Source: Trichoplax adhaerens (Eukaryota > Animalia > Placozoa). From it: a stretch of 64,000 bases of DNA. The notes under the pieces were generated by a model. The model did not search any database, was not told the DNA's origin, and was given only the letters and a program-made list of their open reading frames with translations. Shown piece after piece: positions 43,701-57,475 of the stretch; the first letter of the stretch is position 1; each line of letters begins with the position of its first letter. Position numbers and translations under genes: made by a program. The stretch is from positions 7,239,880-7,303,879 of the forward strand of contig NW_002060947.1 in NCBI RefSeq assembly GCF_000150275.1, written 5' to 3'.

Positions 43701-46700
43701 AAGTATCGTATGTTTTGACATCGAAAAATTGAATAGCAATGCAATACTGTTCATAATTCATGGAAAATTTGAAGAATATGAATACTTGAAAATGAGGTTA
43801 GTGGTATCTTTATCAGTAATTCACAGAAAACTGATGCAATCTAATAGCTTTCTCGTGAAGTTTGCGTCTATACTGAGAATAGAGGATATATACGATCGGT
43901 TGGAACAATTTTAAAATCATTAGTAAATATAATAAGCAATGTAATGCTATTGTATTGACTAGAAAAAATACAAATATAAAATCTACTATAGTGTTTACAG
44001 CAGATAAAATTATTGAAGGATGCAAGTCAACAGATTACGCATTGACAGCACCGTAGCTTTTGTTTATAGTATTAAATATCAGCATTGTTGCTACTGAGTG
44101 CGTGATCGATAGTATATTAAGCACTATTGTTACCATAGGAATAAGAAATAATCGTAATAGTGCTAATGGTTTGAAAGAAGTTAATATACTCGTAATATTG
44201 ACGATGATGATGCAGGTGGATTGTAATCTCTCGTTTTAGGACAATTAATATTGCATATCACGAAACTAGATAAGGTTATTATTCAATATTACAGAATAAT
44301 TTAATAATAAATATTTTAGGTAAAAAAATATAAGAAAATGATTTATTTTTTAGCCTTTGTAAAATAGTAGTACAGGTGTGAATTCAACGATATTTATAAA
44401 TTAATTAATATGGATTGTAAATATTGAGAGATTGATATTTGCAACAATATTGAAAATAGCTAACTTTAAATACACCCCATATGAATATTTTTGCAAGATG
44501 GCGCCCTAAGGTTATCGAATTATATAAGTCATTTACATACGAGTATAACATACGATTACTATTTACAGAATTTTCTGGTAGATTTTCAGACTTGGATATA
44601 ATGAAATTTTTATTCCAGAATATATCGTACGCCATAGTTGATAAGCTTTATCGCAGTAATTAATTTAGATAGTTTACAACTATCTAACTAGTGAAATATC
44701 CCAGTCAGTAAACAAGTATGCGAAATATCGCGAACAGTAGATTCTATTAGAAAATATTGATAAAACAAACTTTTAACATGCCTGTTTAATTATCATTCAT
44801 AATTACCTTTGGTTGCCTAAACATATAAAATATTTAACAACAAAAGGTCGATCGTTTTTTATTTTTAATTCGTTACTGTTTATGTAGAATAAATGTTCAT
44901 GCCAAGCAATCTTAGCATTATCAAATATCAGCATACAATAGCAGTTATACTTGGTTAGTATTATTCAACTGGGATTCCCGTATAAGCAATTACATTGTTG
45001 CCTTGCACGATATTGTTACAAGCATCATTTTTCTAGACTACAGTAAATTTCCATTGGCGGCATAAAATTTGTGGACTGTAATAACATTCTATAAATGTCA
45101 ATAGCAACGACAACAAAATCGGATGTTTAATATTTAGAACTACAATTTTGTTCTGCAAATTAAATTAACAAAAACTGTAGAATATTTAGTCATGAAAAGT
45201 ATTTATCATTCGTGCTTTTTGTATCTTTATAAAAATACTTATACTATAGGAAATGAATTAATCCTTATATCAAACAATATCCTTAGCGTAACGGTCAGTG
45301 CAGATAGGAGGCAGAAAGTTATAGGTAATTGCTGATACGTATCTCTTATAATTGCTTACATACAATTTCAAAAAATTTTCTTGCTGTACATCAGCAATAG
45401 CATTATCCTAAAACTGTTCTTATCGATAAAGAAGTGGATATATAATTTTGGATATATAGGCATCGTTTGTAATTATATTGGCTAAAAGTACATAGAGTAT
45501 GGAGCAAAGAACTTGTTTTGAATTTTTTACTACCACCTAATTAATATACGAGCCTCATTACTATAATACGCATTTAGATAAAATTAATTAATCTTGATAG
45601 TAACCAGTGCTACTTTTTTAGACACTCGCAAATAGCCACTTTTTGGAGTGTATGATCATGGAAACATCTGGGGTAACTTACGTACAGCATCAAAATATTT
45701 CGGTTAATGTAAAATTCATATAAATCTATCGGCGTTAACATAGCCTTGTAGTCCTATATTGTCAGGAAACTGTAGTTAAAATCGATAAAGGATTGGACAT
45801 TTGCCACAGTATCTATACCATAATTAATTAACAGTTAGAATTAGCGCAGCTACATTTGTAGCCTGTTTTGCAATAAATAAAGTTTCTTTCATTCTCATTC
45901 GTATAAATTTATTATACACGTAACAGAAACTTAAGTAATCATGATGATAACAAAGCTACTGTCTTCAAAATATTGAAAATTACGCTAGAATTTTGGTGAA
46001 ATCATCATAAATATTCTATGTTAATTAATGTTGTCCTAACACCGATGAAGAAATCGCTATTTACCAATATGGGATATATTATTATCAATTTTAATCAATT
46101 TAACTATTCATAAAGAAGGTCTAGCATAGAGCCGCTCTTTTTATTCCTATTTATAGATAGAATATACAATATGCTATACTCAAAATTAGTTAATCTCCTT
46201 TCTAAATGAATTTATTGTCATCAAGTAGCAATCTATGATACGCGAGTAAAGTAGTAGTAACATTAAGTAATTCCTAATACAGGAGAAAATAGAAAAGTAT
46301 TGGCATAATAGAAGGACTACACCATGTGCATAGTCTGCATATGAATACCTCATCCTTTCATTACATTCATATCACAAAGTATAATAAAATTTTTTTACTT
46401 CTAGTCATAATCTATTTATTGATATCAAAGATGTCCTATTACTATCATCAGTATTGATGAAGAAAATAGATATTTATTAACACTAAATCATTACTATTAG
46501 CGTAACTCAATGTATACTTTCTAAATATAATCGATATAGTCTATATCATGTATACGCAAAATTAATTAAATCTTTATACTTAGTAATTGGCCGTCATTGA
46601 ATATTAGCGTATACCACGATCGAAATCTCAATAGATTTGGATGACAGATTCCGAATTTTCATATATATATATCTACTATTTTATTCACTATGATATAAAC

Positions 46701-47151
46701 GTATCTCAATATTCATCCGTGATACAATTACAGTAGTAGTATGCCTTGAAGTTTATTTCATTCTTATATGTTTGGTACGTACTTCGTCTACACAATATTA
46801 ATTATCCACCACGTTAAACGATGCTACAATCATTTTGTATTAGTCAGTCATAGGATAGAAACCGTCACAAATTAGCTGAATAGTAGCCAGATTTTATGTA
46901 GCGAATTATATCACTTTCACATGATCTTATTTCCTTCTATGTTACTGTGACTAGGGAAATCATGATAAAATTTTATAGAAGCATAGTCATATATATCTAC
47001 ATCTGGTTTATATCATTGTTCCCATAAAAAGTAGATGCTCGTATTTAATCAATGGTCACGATTCCTTAAGATCGATTTGGCTGTAGGTAAAGAATAACGC
47101 GGGAAAAATGGTTCTCAAAGATCATTCTTATTTTCGCATGCAAAAATACTC

Positions 47152-47660
47152 CGTATATATACCAAAATTAAATTAACTTTCATATTAATTAAAGTAGTGC
47201 ACACATGCTTTTTTATATAACATAGACATTGTCTCTATCAATCAATAAAATTATATCGTAGGATGGAAATCCCGTAAATTATTACGATACAAGCCAAATT
47301 AGTACGGGTAAATATCATTTCTTCTTATAATACTACCTTAGATTAGCTATCCTTCTATGCTGCAATAAATCATGCAATAAAAATCTCTTTCGAGGATTAT
47401 CCATATTTTTACGTATTGTTAAAATACTTGTTACACGTATATATCAAAATTAAATTAATTTTTATATTAAACTGGTGTATCAAAACATTTTATGTAATAT
47501 AGATATTGTCCCTATCATTTTTAATACCAGTATATCGTAAGATAGAAGTGCCATAAATTATTACACTACCGGCTAAATTTGTAAGGGTCAATATCATTCC
47601 TTTATATGATATCACCTTAAATTAGTTATCCTTCGATAATGCAATAAATGATGGAAATCA
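47152..47660. repeat. Degenerate direct duplication, period ~285 bp
   Basis: CGTATATAT..CAAAATTAAATTAA..ATAGA(C/T)ATTGTC..TATATCGTA..TAAATTATTAC..AATATCATT..ACCTTA..ATTAG(C/T)TATCCTTC..TGCAATAAAT is seen at ~47152 and ~47436. Confidence 0.85.
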
Positions 47661-49929
47661 TCATGAAATTCTCTTTGTACGCAGCTATATCCATGGATAT
47701 CCAATACATCATAACCTTTATACTATAAACGGGTTACTAAATCATGACCAAATTTTTCTTAACAAACAGTTATATTTATGGATATCTAATTTATGTTATC
47801 ATTGTCATCAACATCAGCTAAGAAATAGATATTAAACATAGGATCGCTATTCTGTATAATTCATCTGATATTATTAATAGAGTCCTGAGGAATAATAATT
47901 CCTTTCAGTCGCTTCTATTTATTCTTGCCCCTTTATGTTACAATGAATACTTTGAACAGATATAAAATTAACTAGTCTAGATATTAAAAAATGTTATCAT
48001 TCTGAATATAATACACTACGACGTAGAATGCAAATTGACAAAGGCAATTATCTTTTCATAATATCGATCCTGATAGTTCATCCTTCCATACTATAATTAG
48101 TTCAACACTACTTAACAAGAGAATTTATCATTATACCTATCTGGTAATATCAATATTTATCCGTATTTTGTCGTTCACATAGATAAAGAAATGGATACTG
48201 AATACAGGATAGACTGTTATTATTTACAATTGGCTTGATGCAACGGCTAGAGTAGCTAGCATAGGAAAATATCTTTTTATCTTTTGTGTACGTACTGCAT
48301 ATAGAATTAATTAGTCCTCATATTGAGTAATTTCATTATCGTTCAACATCGATCGATACTATGATAGAAATGAAGGTAAATAAACATTTTCTGAGCCGTG
48401 AACTACTATACTAGATCGACTTAGTGGACCACCTAGTAGTCCATGTCTAAGTATGATGGAGATGGACAGCTAAAGTCATAAAAATTTAAGTTAAGCGATT
48501 TATGATAGGCATTTCATTCTCTTCTATCCAAGTTTGCGGGATAGAATACCCTGTAATTGTTTATATCGGCAACAATGTCCATTATATTGACGAAAATAGA
48601 GAGTATTTATAAAAGACTGAAAGTAGTAATCGTCATTAAAATAGGATATTAATCATTTAATAGTTAGTTATGACTGGATAGAATGTCCGCAGTTTACGCC
48701 CTCAACTCCCTCATTCTATTGATCCACTTTTTTTTCGTTGATTGAGATTTAATATTAGCTATACCATGATGGCTGATTTAGCATTGTATTCTAGCTATTT
48801 GGGTTAGAAATAGCCTTGATTTTGTGCAAAAAACGTCCAATAAATTCTATCGTCTATTATCATCGAGAAAGGATAGTATTTATTTTTCGCTTCCATTGAT
48901 CATCCTCTCTATTAGAATACTTTACGTAAGCTTGATGAACGATAGAGAAGGCCAAGAAAGAAGCTAATAGACCAGCCTATCAAGTATACAGGTGCTAAAA
49001 AACAATACTAGCCCTCTATCATGACAAAGAAATTCTAATACTCCATTTAGGCCATAAATAAAGATGGACCAGTTATCAATGGAAATCAATAACAATCAAT
49101 AATTCAACTTCAATCAAAGGTGAAATGAACAAAAAACAATTCGGATGATGGAGGAAAATGCAATCCATCTATTGTTGCAATCATAGATAGCTCTTTATTC
49201 CCATTGCATAGACATAGTTAATCACGATTAATGAGTTTAATAACTGTAACTATATAATCGAATATGCAGAAAGTGAGAGAAAGAAAAGAGAAGAGAGAGA
49301 AAAAAACAAAATATAAAGATTCTGATCATTGTACTCTTTCAAAACAAAAGTACATCTCCTACTAGTAATTTTGTTGTCGAGATTGTTCAAAAATAGTGGT
49401 AACATCGTCATCATTAAGTTATTTTTTCAGATCCTATTTGTCTGCCGGTATGATTCTTGCCTAGCTTAGTGATTTGGAAGCAAGCTCTACCTCGATAGAA
49501 TAAAGAAAACGACGTTACAAGATTAAGGTGAAGAGTTATTATTTTTTGTAATAAGATGGTAGATTGAGAAAATTATAACATGATCATTCGATTTTGGATT
49601 AAAGTGGTGGGTAAGATAGTTGGAGGATTGTGATCTTGGATTGAGAATTCTACTGTTTTATTGCTACTCTTACTTTGCAATATGGGTAGGCGTTTCTTCT
49701 TCTATCCATTATCACTATTGTGTTGATTTACAACACCATTTTATATCTACTATCTTACACCTTTGTATCTTTGCCTGTAAGAAGAAGAAACACTTTTTTC
49801 TTATCCATTTATCTTGGTTAAATATTCACCTCTATGAGGATACGATTACATGATTGTAAAATATTAATATTCTACAACCTTGTAGTAACGTTGTCAAGAG
49901 TAGTGAATCAACGCCATGACTTTTAAATA

Positions 49930-51450
49930 CTGTCAAAGCGATCATCGATCTTTAAGCACTTCTCGTGAATTAATCGCCTTATTTTAGTTTATCGAGATAA
50001 TTTGTTACATGAATCCACTTAGACTCTTATTTAAGCCAAGTCTTTTTTTCATAACGAGTCGATGTTGGAAGATGATACTTGTCGATTTTCAACTTGATGG
50101 CAATGCTATTTTTACAGGATCGAAAACTGAAACTCCTAATGATGATCTGTTATCATTCATAGCCAAACCGTTCTCGAAAGTCTAATTTTAGTTTATCCAG
50201 TTGATTTGTATAAATTCTGTGATACTCTTTATTTAAGCCAAGTAGCTTTTACATGATCTATCTAGACGCACGAGGATTGGAAAACGATAATTCCTCCAAA
50301 TTTTCAACTCCTTTACTATCCTATTATTGGCACGGAATCAAAAACTACAGTTCCCAATCGTGATCATGTTAAAGCAAGCATCAATCGTGAAGCAATTCTT
50401 GGTAGTAAAGATCTTGAGAGGATAATTTCAGTTGATTGAATTAATTTATAAAAATCTAGTTATGCGCTTATCTAAGCTAAGCAACTTTTACGTGATCTAT
50501 CCACATTTACGAGAGTTGGAAAATGATAATCTCTCCAAATTTTTATCTTGGTAGCGATGCAAATACATAAGTGAAAACTACAATTCCCAATCGTGATCTT
50601 GTTAAAGTAACCATTCATTTTTAAGTAGTTCTTGAGGGTATAAATTCAATTGATTAAGGTGATTTATATAAATCCAGTGATACTCTAATCTGAGCCAAAC
50701 TGCTTTTGCATGATCTACCTGCACTTACCAGAGTTGAAAAAAGGATAATCTCTCCTAATTTTAATTCAGTGGCGATGCTATTTACTGAATCAAATGCTAC
50801 AATATCTAATCGTGATCCTGTGATCCTGCTAAAAAAATATCAATCATTAAGCAATTGCTGGTACTAAATATCTTATGAGAATAACTTTAGCTGATCGAGT
50901 TGGTTTGTATAAATCTAGTGATGCTCTAACCTAAGTCAGGTAGCGTTTACGTGATGAATCCATGTAAACAAGAGTTGGTCTAAAGTAAGCCAAGCTGCTT
51001 CTACATGATCATTCTACATAAATCAGTGTGTCAAAGTGATGGCATCCGTGAATTTCCAACTCAATGGGAGTGCTACTACCAGTTCAAAATCTACAATACC
51101 CAATCATTAGTTGTTAAAGTAACCATCTCTGGTTAAGCACTTCTTGATGCAATTCTTTAGATCATTGAGCTGATTTACTAGGATTTATTTAGGCTCATTT
51201 TGTGTGTCAAATATTTATTACCAGTACATTATAAATCTGTGCCCAAAAATGAGGACACTACCTACAAATTTTCGACTCGATGGTGGCGCTATTACATAAT
51301 TGTAAACTAGGATACCTAATCGTTTTGAGTTCAAGCCATTAGCCGTCAGAGTGGATTTTGCGATAGAGAAACTTTGTAGAATAAGTTTTAACGTCAACCT
51401 CTACTTCTACTTTAGCTAACTGGTTCTTAAAATGACAATACCTTTCTAAT
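49930..51450. repeat. Degenerate tandem array, ~6-7 copies, period ~200-250 bp
   Basis: The blocks CTCTTATTTAAGCCAAGT / CATGATCTA / GAGTTGGAAAATGATAAT / AAAACTACAATTCCCAATCGTGATC recur at ~50024, 50225, 50466, 50682 and 50923, with weaker copies after that. Confidence 0.85.
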
Positions 51451-51569
51451 TCGATTTTATAATGATGCTTTTACGTTATCATAAACTATAAATCTACAAA
51501 GTATTGAAACTATTAGTCATCCATCGGTAAGAATTTCTGAATAATTTAATTTTCTTGTCTGGATTGGTT

Positions 51570-52075
51570 AATATGGATTGATCTGTGCTCTAGCTTATTG
51601 CATTTCATGATGAATCCACGTTTTCGAAGGATGTTCACTACAGATCTCAACTCAGTAGCAATATCCCTACAAGATTGTAATTGATCAAAGCCCATTCTTT
51701 ATAATTTGGCGTAGGACAAGACATAATCAGTTTTATATTTCCCGTCTGTAGGGTCAATTCGATCTCTGATTCTGCTTCGCCAGCTTTATAATACGATCAT
51801 TTTACCTTGGAAAAGTACCTTCAATATTCTATGTTTTAGCTGTATTGGATTTGATGATGAATCCATGCTTTTAAAGTATGTTCATGATTGACTTCAACTC
51901 TGTAGCGATATCCTACATGATTATAATTATACCCGTATAATCAATCATAGCATATTCATTGTAACTTGGATTGGAATTAGGCATGATCAATTTCATATAT
52001 TCCGTCTGATCTTTTATTCTGCTTAGCTAGCTTTAGTATGATCATTTTATCTGGGAAAAGGATGCCTTAAATATT
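51570..52075. repeat. Degenerate direct duplication, period ~246 bp
   Basis: GATGAATCCA..TTTT..ATGTTCA..CAACTC..TAGC.ATATCC..GATT.TAATT..CCGTCTG..ATTCTGCTT..GATCATTTTA occurs at ~51609 and ~51855. Confidence 0.8.
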
Positions 52076-52299
52076 TAGCACAGTAAAGATGCTTCATTAT
52101 AATGCCATGCTAAACGATATTAGTATACTTTAATCTCAGATGGGTTTAAAAATTTAAATTCTAAGATCATCGTACCGAATTATAGTGCAGTACATGGAAT
52201 AATTTCTCTCTTCTTCTACCTACATCGCCATCACTTTTCATAGTCAGCTTGATTTCGAAAATAACACCATCCATCTCTCTATCATCAACTTGGATAAAT

Positions 52300-53250
52300 T
52301 ATCATGGATCTGTATCAGCCAGAAAAGAATATAATTTACCCTCACACGATGAAATTGTCTTTATAAATGATAAATCATCAATCCGTAAAAATTTGTGGAT
52401 ATAGGTGGCATATTGCCACAATGGATTAATACATTTAATATAACTTATCTGATTCTCTCTGTCGTTAAATGAGTGGATAATATTGATATTTTGATTCGTC
52501 TAACAAGAAATCGGATTGATTATCCCATGAAGAAATTGAAACTCTAAACATTGAATCATAAATTCGTGAAAAATTCTAGATATCACCCACTTAGAATAGA
52601 GATTGCTTGATACATTTACTCTTACCTATCTTAATCCATTCCGCCGTCGAAGCAAATACCTAACGTTAATATTTTGATTTACCTAAGGAGAAAATAATTG
52701 GATTGGCTATCCCATGATTTAAATTCTGTCGGTACTGTAAACAGCGAATTATTAATCCGTAATAATTTCTTGATCTACCCAGTTATAGCCGAAATCGATC
52801 AATACTTGTGCCCTTAACCTATCCTATTTGTTTCTACCATCCAATCTTGGTAGATATCATTACTACTTGAAATTTTATTCGTAATGAGTAATTCATTAAC
52901 CCAAGAAAAATTTTTAGTACTGTTAAATTAGAATAATTGACTATACCGCGTGCTTTCTAGTTTTGCCTATGCTCGTTGATTAGATTATCATATGAAATAG
53001 TTATGATCAATATTTTATTTGGAGAGAAATAATAGGATTGGCTATCACACAATATCGTTCAGGTTCCAAGGAGTAAATCAGTAATCCATGAAAATTTCTT
53101 CACATCGTTGGCTTATAATTGAGATCGTTCTAAGCATTTACTTTAGATTAGTCTTGACCGTTTTCATCATCAGTTTCAATAGATAATGATAAAGCTTTGG
53201 TTTTCTTGGTGAGCAAGTAATAGAATTATAAATAAATCTTGAGTAGTATT
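52300..53250. repeat. Degenerate tandem array, ~4-5 copies, period ~180 bp
   Basis: ATATTTTGATT..AGAAA..GGATTG(A/G)(T/C)TATCCCATGA and AATCCGT(A/G)AAAATTT recur near 52487, 52669 and 53010, with weaker copies nearby. Confidence 0.65.
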
Positions 53251-55571
53251 ACCAGATTTATGTTTCAAATTTCATCCAAGGTGAAAAATAATCATCCAGC
53301 TTAATGCTTCCAATTATATTTATACCATTTAACTACTCACGAATGGTGTGTGGGTTGACATAATTCAGGGTTAAATTACAGGTAGTGATGGGTCTTACTT
53401 TCGTCTTTAGCTATACTGTAGTATTTTAAAGCATCCATTTGAATTGGCAATACGTATATATACAGCTAAAACTTTTGTGAAATGAATAAACTTTTATACC
53501 ATTATAAAATATGGAAATTGACTCTATAGTAGCATTGCTTACGGTTATAAACAGGGGTTCGTTATTCCGTAATCGGTTCATGACATGATCAATCAGAGAA
53601 AATCTTGGGGTTTCATTACCACTGGAAGGTAGATAAACTGATTAATGCTCTTACTTTGAGGTATGAATATCTTTCTATCATCATTCATTTTGGATGGATA
53701 TAAATATTTAGCTTTATCATCATGGAGTGGATACAAATTAATTTCCTATAGCATTATCTAACCTAGTCGATGTGGATGTAGATATTTAGCTCAATCGTAA
53801 TGATATTACGGGTGCAAAATGCAGCCATTTCCAATAGAATTGTCCAGCAGAGTAGATGATTACCTTTACAATTTCTAGTGATCCAATCTTGTACATCTTA
53901 GTACATCATTGCCTTTTTGCTCTTTTTCTTCTAAATTGTTACCGATATTATGATTCAGAAGTTCAATATTATATATGTATATCATACATATATGGGGTTT
54001 TGTGATATTATGATTCAAGGATGCAATAATATCCTATATTTTGCTTGCGTTCCTAGATTTTGACTCATACTGCAATTGCTTTAGTAGTAAAATATCCAAA
54101 TTTATTTCACTCTTTAGCTTTTATGTTCACAGTTTTAGGGATTCAATAATAAATATCTTCTGCCCACAAATAAAAATATTAATTCCTTTTATTGATTTTC
54201 TCGTACAGAAACTTTTGCTACCATTGCATTACTGTACTCTGATTCTCGAAGAAAGCTACAGTATGATTTAGTAATTGAATAAAATTATTACCATAGAGAG
54301 AAATAAAGTAACGGGCCTTTACAAGCATTCCTACGCTAAATTTATGCTGCAATTGCTGTTATATTTATTCTAGAACTGACTACCTTCCTTCCATTCCTTT
54401 TGCTGTTATGTTTACAGTTTACAAGATTCATTCATTAATATTTTCTATAGTAAAGACTTGGTTTAATAATATTAGTTCCCGTATATACGCATTCTTGGCT
54501 TGAAAGTTTCTATTGCTATTATACTTATAGTAGAAGTGATTGAATTAATTCCACAAGTTCAGACTTTATAGTCGAGATTTTAATAGCTTATATCCATAAT
54601 TCGACAATGAAATCTTTCCAAATCCATTTTTTTAGACGTGTATTCATTTCTCACCCTCGTTGAACTATATTCATTTTTATTAGTACCAGCATTGCATTCA
54701 TGTCAAAAGCATTATAGGTAATGTCGACATTTTCTTGCATTTTTAAATTGTTTTTGTTGTTGTTCTTTACTCTAGAATCATAGTTTTCGTCTACTTTACC
54801 TCCTTAATTCAATCACTGTGTTATTATCGATGGATAATTTTCTTCCCTCTTATCTACTACCCACACCTTTCTATTCTCTGCCAAATGCCCCCTTTTATGT
54901 GGATGATTCATCGACAATAGCTTAATTTAAGTTAGGCTAGATCAGCTTGGCTCTATCTCATGCTATATCGATACTTTCTTCTATCGATTAATTAATAATA
55001 TGATATTGTATACAAAATAGGAGTATTGTTCAACATTGAAACAAGAAGAGGAGGCATTTTAAAAAGAGTTCTACATTCAATTCAAGGAGAATCAAGAGCA
55101 TATGCCGGAACAAGCATATTGAAGGAAAAATAATACTGTGTCATGGTTGATTTTTTACTTTTTTCAATTGGTATTTCTCTTTATTCCAATCTTTATTGAA
55201 GTTGATATAATCTTGTCTGGTTATAGAACTCTTTTGTATATTCCTTTCCCAGTTGTATTCTTTCCTAATTTAAGGAAATTACCCAATTGGATTATCGTAG
55301 CAAAGGAAGTAGAGAGTAAAAGAGAATAGGAATATGATGACATTATTGAGCAATTTATGTTACTTTATTACTTATTCAATTCCTCTTACTCTCTAACTTA
55401 TTGTTGAATTTATAACGTCTACTTCCAAGATTAACCATTTGACTATTAGCAGATCAAGAACGTGATCTATTGATTCGTTGGATTCTTATTTAAATCGATT
55501 TATTTAAGTCTATTCAAGTGATTCTATTCAACCACTGTGTAAATCAATACTAATCAGGAAAAATATCCAAG

Positions 55572-56471
55572 ATGAGCCGAAGAACAAATGTGGCCATGAA
55601 GACTAGAATAGTCAACGGAGCTGCTGATAAATTACTACAGCTTAAAGTGGATAAATTAGAATTAGAGCAAACTAATTCATTAGATGTCTTGAAGAAACAA
55701 CAGCGACAGATTAAAGATGAATTATGTCGTGCATTAAGGATTAATAAATCGCCTCAGACGAGTATGACTTTACCCGTTCATAAGCAAAATATTAATCGTC
55801 GTCGAAGTGCATCAGCTATCGTGCTCTCATCAGATATGGAAGAATTTCATCATAGTCAAGCTGAACAAGCTAATCCACACCATAGCGGAAATCGATCTCG
55901 TGCTGAAAGTATGAAACCAATCTTAGCTTCTTCCATCTCGGTACCTGATCATCGATTATTCAGTTGTACAAATGAAACAGCTAGCCATCAAGAACCAACA
56001 ACAACTCCAACTTCAAGATCAGCATCATGCTCATCATGGTATGGGCAAATCGATGATGATGATGATGATATCGAAGAGGAAGACCATCATCATCATGGTT
56101 GTAGCCATTCTCCAAAAGGGATAAAAGGCAATGCACGTAAATTACCTAAGCCAAATGTTAAGATTTCGTTAGAACTCGATGGCGGCAAGATTGGAAATCG
56201 TGCTACTCATCATCATTCATCTTCTCATAAAACTTCAAGTCAACGATTAGAACCTTTATTTAATAATAAAAATTCATTTTTATCCGTGGAATTATCAACA
56301 CAAGTCATGACTAACGGTAAAAAAGGTGGAAAGCAAAGTCGATCTCTCACCACAGTGGACGGTAGAAAGTCCCTTGACCGTCAACAACATCAACAGCAAT
56401 TAAGCCTTCCACCTATGAGGAAAGCATTGTCAAGCGGGTCTATTAATTTAATTTCCAATAACAACAACTAG
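55572..56471 (+). CDS. Uncharacterised 299-aa protein: N-terminal coiled coil, then a disordered Ser/His-rich region
   Basis: Long uninterrupted ORF with coding-like composition. The heptad segment DKLLQLKVDKLELEQTNSLDVLKKQQRQIKDEL is loosely reminiscent of CCDC190-type coiled coils (unverified). PKA-type RRRS sites are present. A possible 5'UTR intron runs from the donor at 49611 to the acceptor at ~55452. Confidence 0.8.
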   Translation: MSRRTNVAMKTRIVNGAADKLLQLKVDKLELEQTNSLDVLKKQQRQIKDELCRALRINKSPQTSMTLPVHKQNINRRRSASAIVLSSDMEEFHHSQAEQANPHHSGNRSRAESMKPILASSISVPDHRLFSCTNETASHQEPTTTPTSRSASCSSWYGQIDDDDDDIEEEDHHHHGCSHSPKGIKGNARKLPKPNVKISLELDGGKIGNRATHHHSSSHKTSSQRLEPLFNNKNSFLSVELSTQVMTNGKKGGKQSRSLTTVDGRKSLDRQQHQQQLSLPPMRKALSSGSINLISNNNN

Positions 56472-56967
56472 AGAAAACGTAATGGATAGCTACAAGATTG
56501 AGTCTTTGTCTCCTAAACATTGTTAGTGTAAGAATACTTTTCCAAATTCTACTATTACAGTACTCCTATAGCCCGCACAGAGAATTTTTGAACCAAAAAT
56601 TTGGGAGGAAGCTTAGCCATACTTTATGTTAACAAATATCAATCGCAAATCATAGCAAATTGATGCGAAAGAATACCACAAAAAAGAGAAGATCAAGGCT
56701 TTATTACAGCCGATACATAAAGATGCAGAATCCATGATTAAATTGTAACAGTTTCATAGCTACTCATATAAATAGTTAGGAATAGTCCTCATAAAGTTGT
56801 ATATACATATACCCGTGCATGCCATGGATATAAGATGGAATATAAAGTTATTCCTATTATAATGAAAAATCACGTTTGAATGTTTACAAATGATATTTGT
56901 TTACTGGCGGATCAACTCGATTTATTGCAGTAATCCATCATCTATAATGTCAATATTAACGGACGAT

Positions 56968-57475
56968 GGCGGATAGAATTGGATGGAAACCTGTATCAAG
57001 ATTTAGAAATTGATTTCGTGATCAATTCTCTGACAGCCAGTTCAAAGTGCATCATTATATGAAATAAGAATTCTACAGAAAGAAGAGAATCAAAAAAGGC
57101 TTTTGGAGCCATTTATTCCCTACTCTTTAGTACAAATCCAGCGTCGTTATGTATCTCGCACATCCGTTTACTTATGGGCATTTATCATTGATCACAGAAT
57201 AGCGGATAGAATTGGACAGATGGCCTTATCAGGATTTAGAAATTTATATTACATTAAAAACAAGGCCCTATTAAAATTGATTAACTCAATATTGAGATTC
57301 TTCTGCACCATACGTATTTGACAGCCAGTTCAAGATGGAATAAAAATCCTGCAAAAAGAAGAAAATCAATAAGGTTTTTAGGATCATTCCTTCTCTGCGC
57401 TGTAGTGCATATCCGACATCATTATGTGTCTTGGTTGTGAATTTATTTATGTGTATTTGTCATTGATTATAGATG
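56968..57475. repeat. Degenerate direct duplication, period ~233-270 bp
   Basis: GCGGATAGAATTGGA..TATCA(A/G)GATTTAGAAATT..TGACAGCCAGTTCAA..AAAGAAG..AATCAA..TTATGT.TCT occurs at ~56969 and ~57202. Confidence 0.85.
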
